64,000 bases of DNA, taken from NCBI RefSeq assembly GCF_009914755.1, contig NC_060938.1, one strand, 5' to 3'. Position 1 is the stretch's first letter; every line of letters starts with the position of its first letter. The position numbers were made by a program, and so were the translations under genes. The DNA is from the human T2T-CHM13v2.0 reference genome, Homo sapiens. Positions 13,571 through 38,599 of this stretch are shown one piece after another. The notes under the pieces are model-generated. The model made no database searches. It was not told where the DNA came from and was given only the letters and a program-made list of their open reading frames with translations.

Positions 13571-14370
13571 CAGCAGTGTGTTTTGACTTGAGCAGCCTTG
13601 GCTTCTTTCTCTTTCCCTCAGCAGCGGGGAGTCAGCTTGGCCAGTGCTTGTGATGGGCAAGCCTGGGGCATCCCCTTCTCATGGGTTGGGTGAAGCCTCT
13701 AGTGCTGAAGGACAAAGCTCACACAACTCCCCGCTTTTGGCTGTCAGCACCAGCCAGACAGGAGCAAGAACCAGGAACAACTCCCAGCATCTCAGAATCA
13801 AATCTCCACTCCTGGATGCTCTAGTCTTTCCTGATTACAGGCCCACATGGAGCCTGTTTGAAGGGGTCGCTGCCATGGGCTGAGTCAGGGCATTGAGGTC
13901 TGGATGTCAGGGCTCAGCAGTGTCCAGTTTCCAGGCCTCATTACAGCTGCTCCCATGAGGGGTTCCCCCAGCACTGGGCCTGGAGAGTTATGAGTCTCTC
14001 CTGTACTTTCTGCTCTGGGGACCTGGTTCCACAATCTTCCGGGAAGGTCTTTCTGGTGTATGTGCTCTGTTTCAGTTTATATTCTGGACTCCTATGAAGA
14101 TGTTTCAGCAAAGTCTTTTGCTCCTTTTTGTTTTATGTTTAGTTATGTCTGTTGTAAAAAATCAATGTAATAAGTTTATAATTAATTAAAAAAAAACCCA
14201 GTCACTTCTAATCTCACAAACAAGTGTGCACCTATTATCCCATTGTTGAAGATATGGTACATATAATTTTTTTCTTTGCCTCAACATTACATTATATTAA
14301 GACTAAAGGCTGGACAATGGCTCCATGTGGTGGAGGGGAGGGGTTTCAGAAGCCTGGTCCTCATCTTGTC

Positions 14371-14665
14371 TTTTTTTTTTTTTGAGACCAGGTCTTGGTT
14401 TGTTACTCAGGCTGGAGTTCAGTGGTGTGAACACAGCTCACTGCAGCCTCAATCTCCCAGGTTTAGCAATTCTCCCACCTCAGCCTCCTGAGTAGGGTAG
14501 CTGAGACTACAGGCACGTGCCACCATGCCCAGCTAGTTTTTGTATTTTTTGTAGAGATGGCATCTCACCATGTCACCCAGGTTGGTATCAAACTCCTGAG
14601 CTCAAATGATCCTCCTGCCTCAGCCTCCTAAAGTGCTGGAATACAGGCATGAGCCACTGTACCAG
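14371..14665 (-). mobile_element. AluJ
   Basis: Poly-T and dimeric Alu structure. Confidence 0.9.
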
Positions 14666-15719
14666 CCTCCTCTTGTTTTATACAAGGGAAGAATCCTATT
14701 TCAAAGTGAAAGGAGGAGTTCATCTTCTTGTATTGGATCCTGTGTCAGAAATATTTTTAAAAGATTTTATTATAAAAGTTTTCAAACGCATACAAAAGTA
14801 GGAAGGATTGTATAGTGAACTCAATGTATCTGTTCCTCACCTTCCATCATAATCAATACATGGCCAATTTAATTTCCTTTACACCTTCCATTCCTTGCCT
14901 TATGCCAACCTCCCCAACCCCTCAGATTATTTTGAAGCAAATCCCAGACATCACCAAATACTCTTGTACACCATGAGTATGGGTCTCAAGTTAGGGAAGT
15001 GATCTGGTTCTAATTTGTATACTTGGCTTGCCCCACTCCTCCAGTGGCCTGAGGAGTCATGGGTAGGGCAGGGGGCCTTGCCTCCTGCTCTTGCATGTGG
15101 TCTTTCACAACAGCTGAACATATGGGGGACCTGTCCCAGGAAAGCATCAACCCTGGACCCTGAGGGATATGTCCAGAGAAGTGAGGAGGCTGGAGGAATG
15201 AGAGCTATTAGTCAGAGAAAGAAAAGACCTGGAGAGGTATGACCATTGTCTTTATATGATTGGAGGGTGGTTTGGATTTGAAGTGTTAGATTTGTTTTAC
15301 TTGTTCAGGTGTGAACACAGAATGCAAATGAAGGCCCTCTGGGCAGAAATAACCAGGAAGCAGATTTTTAGTTCAAGAACTTTCTAATCATCTGAGTGGT
15401 CAAAAAGTGGAGTACGTCACCCAGGCTTGGGGATCACCAGGTGAAGATGAGGTAGCAGAATTTAAGCAATGGGTTAGGATGGTACATGAGTAAATTAACT
15501 AAGTTCCTTTAAATGAATTTTCCAGTTTCTAAGAGAATCAATGACACACTTGGTTAAGAGTCAAGAACTTTGTGTGACCACAGAAGTCCTTTTACCTTAT
15601 TGGGTCCTACTCATACAGTTAGGATTTTGGATTATGTGATAGCAATAATAGCTAACTATGTTGAGCCCTTATGTGTTTTAAGCAAGTATTAGCTTGCTTT
15701 CAATAACTACATAAGATAG

Positions 15720-18061
15720 TGTATTAGTCCAATCTCACACTGCTAATAAAGACATACCCAAGATTGGGTAATTTATAAAGGAAAAAGGTTTAATTGACTC
15801 AAAGCTCAGCATGGCTGGGAAGGCCTCAGGACACTTACAATCACTGCAGAAGGGGAAGCAAACATGCCCTCTTCACATGGTGGCAGGAAGGAGACGTGCC
15901 AAGCAAAAGTGGGAAAAGCCTCTTATAAAACAATCAGGTCTCTTGAGAACCCACTCACTTTCACAAGAACAGTAGCATGGGGGTAATTGCCCCCATGATT
16001 CAATTACTTCCCACCGGGTTCCTCCCATGACATGTGGGGATTATGGGAACTACAATTCAAGATGAGATTTGGGTGGGGACACAGCCAAACTATATCATTC
16101 CACCACTGGCTCCACCCAAATCTCATGTCCTCACATTTCAAATTACAATCATGCCCTCCCAACAGTCCCCCAAAGGCTTAACTCATTCCAGCATTAACTC
16201 AAAAGTCCGAGTCTAAAGTCTCATCTGAGACAAGGCAAGTCCCTCCTGCCTATGAGCCTGTAAAATCAAAAGTAAGTTAGTTGCTTTCTAGATACAATGG
16301 GGGTACAGACATTGGGTAAATACACCCATTTCAAATGGGAGAAATTGGCCAAAATGAAGGGGCTACAAGCCACATGCAAGTCCAAAATCCAATAGGGCAG
16401 TCGTTAAACCTTAAAGTTCCAAAATGATCTCTTTTGACTCCATGTCTCACATCCAGGTCACACTGATGCAAGAGGTGGGTTTTCACAGTCTTGGGGAGCC
16501 CTGCCCCTTGGCTTTGCAGGGTACAGCCCCAACTTCTAGCTGCTTTCACAGGCTGGCATTGAGTGTCTGTGGCTGCACATGATGCAAGCTGTTGCTGGGT
16601 CTACCATTCTGGGGTCTGAGGACAGTGGCCCTCTTCTCACAACTCCACTAGGCAGCGCCCCAGTGTGGACTCTGTGTGGGTCTCCCATCCCACATTTCCC
16701 TTCCACACTGACCTAGCAGAGATTCTCCATGAGGGCTCTGCCCCTGCAGCAAACTTCTGCTTGAGCATCCAGGCATTTCCATACATCTTTTGAAATCTAG
16801 GCAGAGGTTCCCAAGCCTCACTTCTTGATTTCTCTGCACCTGCAGGCCCAACACCATGTGTAAGCCACCAAGGCTTGGGGCTTCACCCTCTGAAGCAAAG
16901 GCCTGAGCTGTACATTGGCCACTTTTGGCCATAGCTGAGATGCAGGGCACCAAGTACCAAGACTGCACAAAGCAGCAAGGCCCTTGGCCCAGCATACGCA
17001 GCCATTTTTTTCTCCTCAGCCTCCATGTCTGTGATGGGAAGGACTACTGTAAAGATCTCTGACATGCCCTGGAGACATTTTCCCCATTGTCTTGGGAATT
17101 AACATTTGGCTTCTCTTTACTTATGCAAATATCTGCAGCTGGCTTGAATTTCTCCTCAGAAAATGGGTTTTTCTTTTCTAGCACATCACCAGGCTGCAAA
17201 TTTTCTGAACTTTTATGCTCTGCTTCCCTTTTAAACATAAATTCCAACTCCAAACCATATCTTCATGAAAGAATAAAACTGTGTGTTTTTAAGAGCACCT
17301 AAGTCACATCTTGAATGCTTTGCTGCTTAGGAATTTCTTCTGCCAGATACCCTGAATCATCTCTCTCAAGTTCAAAGTTCCACAGATCTCTAGGGCAGGG
17401 GCAAAATGCCACCAGTCTCTGTGCTAAAGCATAACAAGAGTTACCTTTGCTCTATTTCCCAACAAGTTCCTCATCTCCATCTGAGACCACCTCAGCCTGG
17501 ACTTTATTGTCCATATCACTATCAGCATTTTGGTCAAAGTCATTCAACAAGTCTCCAGGAAGTTCCAGACTTTCCCACATTTTCCTGTCTTCTTCTGAGC
17601 CCTCCAAACTGTTCCAACCTCTGCCTGGTACCCAGTTCCAAGGTCTCTTCCACACTTTTGGGTATTTTTACAGCAGTGCCCCACTACCTGGTACCAATTT
17701 ACTGTATTAGTCCATTCTCACACTGCTAATCAAGACATACCTGAGGCTGGGTAATTTATAAAGGAAAGATGTTTAATTGATTCACAGTTCAGGAGGGCTG
17801 GGGAGACCTCAGGAAACTTACAATCATGGCAGAAGGGGATACAAACACATCCTTCTTCACATGGTGGCAGGAAAGAGAAGTGCCAAGCAAGAGGGAAAAG
17901 CCCCTTACAAAACCATCAGATCTCGTGAGAAATCACTCACTATCATGAGAACATCAGCCTGATTCAATTACCTCCCACTGGGTCCCTCCCATGACTTGTG
18001 GGGATTATGAGAACTACAATTCAAGATGAGATTTGGGTGGGGACACAGCAAAACTATATCA
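15720..18061 (-). mobile_element. Full-length THE1 (MaLR): LTR 15720-16097, internal 16098-17702, LTR 17703-18061; TSD gatag; inserted into a MIR
   Basis: Two tgtattagtcc...tatca LTRs; gatag at 15715-15719 and 18062-18066; MIR halves on both sides. Confidence 0.93.
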
Positions 18062-18066
18062 GATAG

Positions 18067-18220
18067 GTACTATAATTATCTGTATTTTGGATATGGAGAA
18101 ACTGAGGCACAGAGACAGTATGTATTTTGCTCAAAGTCACACAGCTATCATATGATAGAGCTGGGATTTGAACCCAGGCAGTTGGTTTCAATGCTAGCAT
18201 GCTTAACCACTATGGCACAG
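18067..18220. mobile_element. MIR (right half; left half about 15640-15714)
   Basis: gagaaactgaggcacagag...caaagtcacacagct...ctgggatttgaacccaggcag core. Confidence 0.85.
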
Positions 18221-19519
18221 TATATTTCAAAGATAAGTTTGAGTGTTTCAGCTCTAATCATACAGTGATTCTAGGATGAAATGAGATAATATATGTGACC
18301 TTGCATTATTCTACACAAATGACACCACTTCACATCTTATATTTTTCTCAAAACAAGGATATTACAATTTCTTTTCTCCAACCAGATCTTGGACAAGCTG
18401 TGCTCCTCTGAGACAGTAACATCAGACAAAAGTCTCATAGACCGTGATCTCTGACAGGGCGAGTACTGAACCAGGCGTATTCACCTTTGAAAGCCTGGGA
18501 CGATGTAGGCCCTCAGGAGGATTTGTTTATTGATTGATGGCAGGACTGTGGCCCAGAAAACTTTTCACTCGAAAGGTGCCATGTTCCAGGTGGCCAGCTG
18601 GGGGAGCCTTAGCCCAAAGGCAGGGCAGGCTGAAAGTAGCAGAGGCTGTGTTGTGATTGGCGGTCAGCGGTCCGGAGTCCACCGAGGGCTGGGCTGGATG
18701 TGAAGGGTTGAGTTGCCGGTGAGGAGAGGCCTTGCCTGTCCCAGAGGCCTGGTCCCGCTCAGCCAGGTCATGGGACAGTGGAAAGGCCCCGCTGGAACCT
18801 AGGAGGAAGTGGCGCAGGTCAAGACGGTCTTAGGGGACAGGAGCTGGTGGCGGGAGGGGAGACAGCACTCCGAGCAACCTCAGCGTGCCTCGAGGGGGAC
18901 AGGCATCCGGGAGGCCAGCGGCTGAGCTGGGTTCTGGGCGCTGGCAGGTCAGCAGGGCAGGGAAGAGAAGGGCATCGAAGGTGGGCCTGGGGGCTTCCCA
19001 GCAGCCAGCCCCTGTGACTGGGAGAAAATCCTGCCCCTGGGCGGAAAGGCCCCCATCTCTCCCTAATGGTGAGAGGGCAGGATCCCGAAGGGGCCCCAAA
19101 CCGTACCTCTCAGTGTGCGCCTCCTTCAGGCGATTTCCCACCCCATCCGCGTCTTCTCTGCCATTCAAAGGGGCAAGGGTGTGTAGGAGACGAGGTAGGG
19201 AGATACCTCTCTCCCGAGGATCCCTGGCAGAGGGGCCTGGCACTGCAGGGGTGCATGCAAGAAGTGGGTGCACGTCCGCAGAGCTTGGGTGGGCAGCAAC
19301 GAGAGGGCTTGGGTGGGCGAGAAGAGAAGGCATGGGCTGCTTGCACTCATTTTATTCCAACCCCACAGAATGCGGCTCAACCACGAGGTGAGTTGCTGAG
19401 GCTGGGCGAATGCTCTGCTCCCATTTTACCCAGGGAAGCCAGATGGAGACCTGAGAGAAGATAGGAGGAAGAACCCGGAACCCCACTCTCATGGGAAGTG
19501 GACTCGGACCAGAGACTTT

Positions 19520-19830
<311 letters not shown>

Positions 19831-22016
19831 TTCCTCGTTTTTTAACTCTATTTCCTCTTCCCCAAGGAAGGAGATGAAGGAGAGGCCTCTGTTTGCTGCT
19901 AGTGTGAGGTTAAGCTGGGAGGATGGCCAGAGGCTGAGTCACAACTCCTGAGGCCCCTTTAGGTGCTGCGGTTTCAGTAGTCCAGGCTCCTACCCTCTTT
20001 AGGCCACTTCAGCCCCAGGTTCTAGCACCTTCACCCTGGTGCTTTTCCCTCCCAGGGAGTCTCATGAACTATTTCCTTTGGGGAAGGTGAAGAAAGTCCA
20101 GTTTAGCTTGGAGGGGACCATCTCTACTACTCAATGCCCCAATAGAGGACTTCCCAGCTGTCATCTCGAAATTTCTCATTCTTGGCACTTGTGGGTAAAG
20201 TCTAATTCTAGAGCTCCCCAGAGTCACTTTATCTCCTGGGGCAGTAAAAATCTGCCCATGGCACTGATCTTGGAGGAGACCTCTTATCTTCAGGGACACC
20301 GCATCTGCTAGAGGTGGCAGAGGCCCTGCCATTGTTTCTTTCCGCCTTTGAGCTGCAGCACCTTTTTCTTGGCTGGTCTGAAGAACCCCTCTACCCACAC
20401 TGCAGGCTGGAGGTCGCCTTGCATGCTCCGGCTCCTAGGCTGGGTGAGCCTTAGAGCCTTTGGGTGGACTCCTACTTTAGCAGCTTAGGAAGGCAAATGC
20501 TGGCTCCTCTTCCTTTCCTCAATTGGTAGGACTCAGAGCAAAGAAAGGATGGCTTTTCTCCAGTCCTTCTCCCTTTTCAGACAGGCGGCACAGCTAGAGA
20601 AATATGTAAAGATCAGGGGAAGCCTGTTTTGCATAGTGAGAGTCTTGCATGCTTGGGACATCAGGACAGCCTCCAGGGGTTCTAAGTGTGTGTGGACTAT
20701 TCTCAGGGAAGAAATGCTGGAGGGCCTTGGGCTGACATTCTAGCTCCTCCACACTGCTCTTGACATCCTAGAATAAAAAGGGAAGGCCAAGGTCACCTTT
20801 AGGGCATTCTTTGAATGTGGCTGGCCTGGGGCTGGAATGGGAGAATATAGTGCGGTCCTGGCTCTGAAAAACCACAGTTACTCTGGGTCTGTGCCTTAAA
20901 GCTGTGGTTTCATGACGTCAGATTTCCTCTCAACAGCCAGGAGTAATCAAGATAGAGAACCATTTAGGCTTGTTCCTTCCTATATGTCAACAGCTATTCT
21001 ACCCCAGGGCTCAGATTTAGAGCTAGTGTCCTGTTCTCTTTAGCAGAACTGACTCCTCTCTCCTCTGTGCCTCTGTGTGATTGCTGACCTGGCCTTAAGC
21101 ACCGCCTCAGTGGTTAAGTTTTGCAGAGAGGGCTGGTTACTTCCCTGGTACCTCTCTTGTTATTGAACCCTAGTTTCCTATTGACTATCTATCTTTTCTT
21201 CATTTACTCCTTATTTTGTCATGTCTAGCTCCCAGCAGTTTTCTGAGAAAGGGTACTTGGAAAGCCAATTTTTTTTAGACTTTCAACGATGGAAATAGAT
21301 TTATTCATTCCTCACAGTTGATTGATACACTGTCTGCTTAAGCTTTTTGAGGGTCAAATTATGTTCTCTGGTATCAGTAGTAACTGTGAGCTGTGAGAGA
21401 TCTTTCTGTTTCATGATAGACAGATACAATATGATGGACTCTTGGAGAAATCGCTGGTCACAAGGGAAGAAGGTGAGGTCTCTGATGACCCTCCCAAAAT
21501 ACATATAGCCAATAAACCAAATCATATCTGAGCCCAGTTTACTGGAGCTGTGGATTGGGGTGGCCAAGAGCTTTGTCATGCGTATGGTAATAGCTTATAA
21601 GTATTTATTCCCAAATGGCTAAGAAATTAACTGAGCACCATTTATTTTACCACAGTTTCTGTGTTTACTATATACTAAATGTTTTCTATAGGCTAGAGCC
21701 ATTATCTGAGCTCTCTAGTCAGTTTCATGGATCTATCTGGTCAATTCTTGTAGCATCATATATATTTTAAAGTTTGTCTTCTCTTTATGTATTTATTTTA
21801 TTTATGAGGTGTCTTAAGAAGAAATCTCAAACTGTCAAAAGGCTCTGATTTTGTTCTTGGGCTACCTAGTGCTTTTGACAGCCTTGGAAGATGCAATGGA
21901 AAGCATGTCCATCAATGCTAAAAATGTCATGAGTTGGCAGGAATACACAAAACCCAGGAGAGCAAAGTAGCAGTCTAAAAAGATTCTGCTAATGATTTAT
22001 TAAAGTCTCAAAAGAT

Positions 22017-22243
22017 TATATATATATATAAATATATATATATATTTTTTTGAGACAGAGTCTCATTGGGATTACAGGGATTACAGGCATCTGCCACCAT
22101 GCCCAGCTAATTTTTGTATTTTTAGTAGAGATGGGGTTTCACCATGTTGGCCAGGCTGGTCTCGAACTCCTGACCTCAGGCAATCCGCCTGCTTTGGCCT
22201 CCCAAAGTGCTGGGATTACCGGCATGAGCCACTGCACCTGGCC
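22017..22243 (-). mobile_element. Internally deleted AluS with a (TA)n-converted tail
   Basis: gagacagagtctca joined directly to ttgggattacagggattacaggc. Confidence 0.85.
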
Positions 22244-22958
22244 TATATGTATATACTTAAAGGATAGATACAGAGTCTCTCATTTGGTTTAAAGACCAAC
22301 TGCACAAGAATAAAAGTGAATATGCATGCCTTAACAGTTGTGTATGTCAAGAACACACGGGTTTCACTTGGATGCAAAGTCAGCTTGAGGCTGCTCTACT
22401 CTGATCAGATAAAATACCTACAGGAACCAGGATGGTAACTGCACTAGTGCAGTGGACTGTTAATTTAACTATATTACATTATATTTAATTTAATATGTAC
22501 ATGTTAAATTAATATGTAACTTTATTTACATAATAAACATTAAACTCATAGGAAGAATCTTTATTTCTACAAAGCCGTGTGTGCTCTCCCCACTTTTTTT
22601 GAAGCACATGGCCAGCTCTCTCCATCTATATTTATCATTCTCCATGTTCGATACAGAAAAATTTCAAGAAAAATTTCATTTTTCTCCTTACTGCGAGAAA
22701 AGCAACAGCATAACAGCAATGATACATGGAAACGGACACTCTGTGCTGGGGAAGCAAATAAGGGGAGGTGGGATTTCCTGTGTGGGAATTAGATGGTTGC
22801 ATGCTCCTTCTGAACTGAGCAGCCATCAACTCCAACTGATTCTTGCCATACAGGAGTATGGGTCAATGATTGCCAGACCTCATGTTCAGGAGATGCCAGC
22901 AATCTGGATTTTCCCATGAGATTTCCTGATTTTAAAAATTTTGGCAACCATGTTTTTA

Positions 22959-27104
<4,146 letters not shown>

Positions 27105-27175
27105 TGAGCAGGATAGGCTCAATGAGCAGGATGCTGGATTGTGCTGTCTCAAACATTGTAGCCAGCTCTAAGTAC

Positions 27176-27497
<322 letters not shown>

Positions 27498-28286
27498 TAA
27501 CGGTGACAAACTACAGCACATTAAAATTGTGAGAGAAACTAGAAGATTGGGAAAAGGGTGGAAGACCCAGGGATGATGCTTCTGAGAAAAGAAAGCTCAG
27601 CTGAGATTTGATACCAGACTTCTGGTTGTGTATGAACTTCCCTGTTAGGGACAGAACATTTTTTTACTGGAGACAGGAGGAGCGATGGGATCAGGTCTAG
27701 CATTCGAAGGTATTTTGGAAGCAGCTGTGAGATCTATATAAGCAGAACTAACAATCAGCTACTTTAGGACATCAGGACATATGTGCCTGGGAAAAGCAGT
27801 GAGTTTCCATCATTGGAGATGTTCAGGCAGCATCTTCAACCAGTTGGGGACATCATAAAGAGTACTGAAACACTGGAGGAGGGCATCATGTCCAGTCCTG
27901 ATGGTCCTGTCCATCCCTAAGGGATTATGATTCCAATCTTCTTTAGCTACTGTGGAGCATTTGGGCTTTTCCTTTCCCTAAGCTCCCATGCAAGTTGTAC
28001 CATTCTTTTTGCTATTTAAGGCATGCAGTAGGCAATAATTCAATGTATGGGGTTCCAATCCTGGGTGCCCTGGCTTTTGCCCTTGGCAAAGCTTTATAGC
28101 ATCTCTTAGCCTTACTTTATTTATAAAAATATGAGTGAATACAAAATATCAGTGTGAAGATTAATATGGCCCATGCAGCTCTTGTGAGAGGTCATGGAGA
28201 TTGGGACTGTCGAATGGCCTTTAAAAAAAATTAATCCAATGGCCTTTAAAAAAAATAGTCTTTTAAAAAAATTTAGCTCTGCTGAA

Positions 28287-34815
<6,529 letters not shown>

Positions 34816-36789
34816 TAAATTGACAAATACAAATTGTACATATTTACAGTGTACAACATGAAGTTTTGATACACATATGCATTGTGGAATGACTAAATCA
34901 AGCTAATGAACATATTCATTGTCTCACATGCTTATCTTTTTTTATGGTGAGAACACTTAAAATTTATTCTCTTCATGATTTTCAATTATTAAAATGCATT
35001 GTTGTTAACCGTAACCAGCATGTTGTACAATAGGTCTCTTGAAATAGGCCTTTATTGTTGTTAACTTCCTTCCTTTAATTATGTTTTGCTCATAAGACTT
35101 TTTCACAGGTAAATGATGAGTTCACCCATTGAGTTGAAACCCTTGTCAGGGAAGGTCAGGAGTGCATATATCACGTTTTGGACCTCTCCCATGACACCAG
35201 TGAATTACAGGTGTGCAGTTTGCAGGCCCTCACTATGTCCTGCTTTACACAGAGGTTTTCATCCTGACTTTATTCTGCTTCACCCATGGGTTTGCTGAGC
35301 TCTCTTTACCTAGGTTGTTGAGGACTAGATAAATCATTGTTGATTTGACTATCAAATGGCCGTGGAGAGACAAACCTTGGCTTATAAGAATGTATATGTT
35401 TGCAAGAACTTTTCTTAGGGAGGGGCAGAGGCTGAGAAGAATTCAAGTTTGTTGGGCAGTGTGTGGAGAGAGGAGTGCTATGAAGCTGTCAGAGCACAAT
35501 ATTTACAAGCATCAGATGTTCCTGAACATTCTGGAGCTGTACTCTATACAAGTTCTGACAGTAGGATAAGGCTTCTTTGTTTCTCTTTTCAATTTCTTTT
35601 TGGTTATCATTTACCATATAACCACTTTAGAATAATTTGACACATATAAGGGAAATCTGTTTCTCTATTACCCCTTGCTCTATATCAAGTAGGATTGTGA
35701 GTGTACAAAGTAGTTAAGGGAATTGGAATGGAGGGAGGGGAACAGCTTTCAGTATCTTAGGTGAAGGCTCAGCTTTGGGTCAGGGTCAGGGCCGGGAGTC
35801 AGGGGTGTCCCTGTTTGGCCTCCTTACTTCTGTCTCTGCCTTTTCTGCAGAACCCAGGGAAACTGGGCTGTTTTGGACTATAATTATCCAGTGTTTGTGT
35901 TGGGCAGGTCCCTTCCCATGGCATGGAGAAAAAACCCCTCATATCTGGGCTAAATCTGCAGATGCTGGAACATTTTTCTTCCCCTTATCAGAACCTAGCC
36001 TCCATTAACAGGGTCAGTGTCACTCTCTGAATCACTGAATCAAATCTGCAATGATGGCTGATATTGTCTTTTATGGATGGGCTGGTTGAAGAGGCCAGTG
36101 TGGCACCAACAGCTCTTTCCACACTCCTTGCCCAAGAGGAAGTTGTCTTCTTTGGGTTCACACTACAGGGCAGACCCAGCCACTGGCCTCAGGGCATCCT
36201 TAAAGCTTTTCCTAGGTAGTTCCTCCCAGCTCAGGCTCTGGATGATCCTGAGGATGTCCTCCTCACTCCCTATCTTCTGCCCCAGGCGACCGGGTACCAT
36301 GTCCTGTGGTTTCCCTGCTTCCTGGGGAATGTGCTCTGTATGGGAAAAACAGAAAATAAGACCATTTGCTGAGCATCTAAGAAAATGTTTGAGAAAGCCC
36401 TCCTGCATTTTTGTGTTTCTTCATTTTTTTTGTGATTTGTGAAAACAAAAACAATTTTAAGGAGAATAAAAAATTAGAATAAATAAATAAAAAAGCCATT
36501 CTTTAGGTTACAATTATGAGAAAATTACCTCTATTTTTGAAGGATTCTTTCCGCTTTTCCCTAAAATATATAGTTTTCCATACTGTTGCAATCAAAGTAT
36601 GTGTACATTTTTGAATATTCTTTTTTCTTCAATTCGCACTATATTGTACTTATAACTAGATTTGGAGTTGGGATTCCCAAGCTCTGAGGCAAGCAGGGAG
36701 GGAGCCGTTGGAGGCCCCTTGATGTTTGCGCCTTTGGAGTAGGATGATTGTGAAAGCAGTAGAAGGACTTCAGAACCAGGAAGGTCATC

Positions 36790-37945
36790 TCCTCCTGTAC
36801 CTCTCCCTTACCCCAGGCTCTGGTAACCACCATTCTACTTATTTCTATGAGTTTGGCTTTTAAGAGTATATGACCGAGATCATGCAGTATTTCTCTTTGT
36901 GTGCCTGGTTTATTTCAACTTAGCATAATGTCCTCCTGGCTCATCCATGTTGTTGCAAATGACAACATTTCTTCTTTTTAAGGATGGATAATAGTATTCC
37001 ACTCTGTGTGTGTTTGTGTGTGTGTGTGTGTGTATGTATGTGTTCTTTATCCATTCATCCAGTGATGGACACCTAGGTTGATTCCATATCTTAGTTATTA
37101 CGAATAAACATGGGAGTGCAGATATCTCTTTGACATACTGATTTCAGTTCCTTTAAATATATATCCAGTAGTGGGATTGCTTGATCATATGGCAATTGTA
37201 TTTTTAATTTTTGGGTAAAGCTCCATACTTTTTTCATAATTTACATTGCCACCAACTATACTAATTTACATTGCCATCAACAGTGTACAAGTGTTCTCTT
37301 CTCTACATCTTCACTATCAGTTATCTTTTATTTTTTGATAATTGCCATTCTAATAGGTGATATCTCATTGTTGTTTAATTTGCATTTCCATGGTGATCAG
37401 TGATGTTGAGCATTTTTTCATATACCTATTGGCTATTTGTATTTTTTGAGAGAGGTCTATTAGGTTCTTTGCCCATTTTAAAATTGGGTTATTTGCTTTC
37501 TTGCTATTGAATTGACTTCTTTATTTGTTTTGAATATTAACTCCTTATTAGATGTGTGATTTGCAAATATTTTCTCCCATTCTATTGGTTGTTTCTTCAC
37601 TCTGTTGATTGTTTCCTTGGTTGTGCAGAAGACTTTTAGTTAGATGCAATCCTATTTGTCTATTTTTGCTTTGTTGCCTGTGTTTTTGGGATAATATCCA
37701 ACAATTCATTGCCCAGAGCAATGTCATGGAGTTTTCACCTATGTTTTCTTCTAGTAGTTTTAGAATTTCAGGTTTTATATTTAAGTCTTTAGTCCATTTT
37801 GAGTTGATTTTTGTATATGGTGTGAGACAAGGGTCTAATTTCATTCTTTTGCATGTGAACATCCAGTTTTCCCAACATCATCTATTGAATAGACTGTCCT
37901 TGCCCTATTGTGTGTCCTTGGCAGCCTTGTCAAAAATCAATTTGG
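36790..37945 (-). mobile_element. L1MA/MB 3' fragment with (TG)n at about 37005-37042
   Basis: ORF 37548..37862 [20 protein letters not shown] is L1 ORF2. Confidence 0.85.
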
Positions 37946-38599
37946 GCATCTATTTTGTGTGGAGAGAAGTGGCGCAGGGAAAGGATACATGTTAGCTCAT
38001 GGCCATGGATATTGGTTAGTGGCTATCACTCACAACAGCTGGGGAATGGGTGCATCACCTGCTTAAGAGGTCCTGGGAAGGGCATCAACAATGTCTACTA
38101 AAATCCATTCCTTGCACTGTTCAGATTCACTTGTTTCTGGCCTTCAGGTGGGTAGTTTTTATTTTCTCATCCACATTGGTGTTACCTCCTCAACCCCCTC
38201 CTTTACTCACTCTAATAGATGACATTTACATACATAATTAGGTCCACTGTTGACAATATACCTTTGCTCAGAATGATCTAATTATCAGCAGAACAAAGGT
38301 GAGCTTGTTTATGGAAAGTCCCAACTACATCTCTGGGTAAGGACCAGTGCACCTGGTCCAGTTTATACACCACTCCAGCTTCCCTGGATTCCACTTGCAT
38401 TGACTGCTTGCTTTGCTTTTAGGTTGGAGTGGCTCTGGTGACAACTCACTCTGTTCTCATGGTCACAAATCCCTGCTCACTGCTGCCACTGCTGCTGCCA
38501 CCACAGACCAAGAGCTCCACTTGCACAGTGCTGCTGGCTAAGAAGAAGTTGCTGTACCTGAGCACTGGACCACATGGACTCACAGAGACTCCCAACCAG

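Noticed and set aside
18778-19464. Overlapping 130-170 aa ORFs on both strands
   Set aside because: No recognisable domain; expected in GC-rich sequence
20295-20320. Possible CTCF site (gctagaggtggcag)
   Set aside because: Only the 3' half matches the consensus
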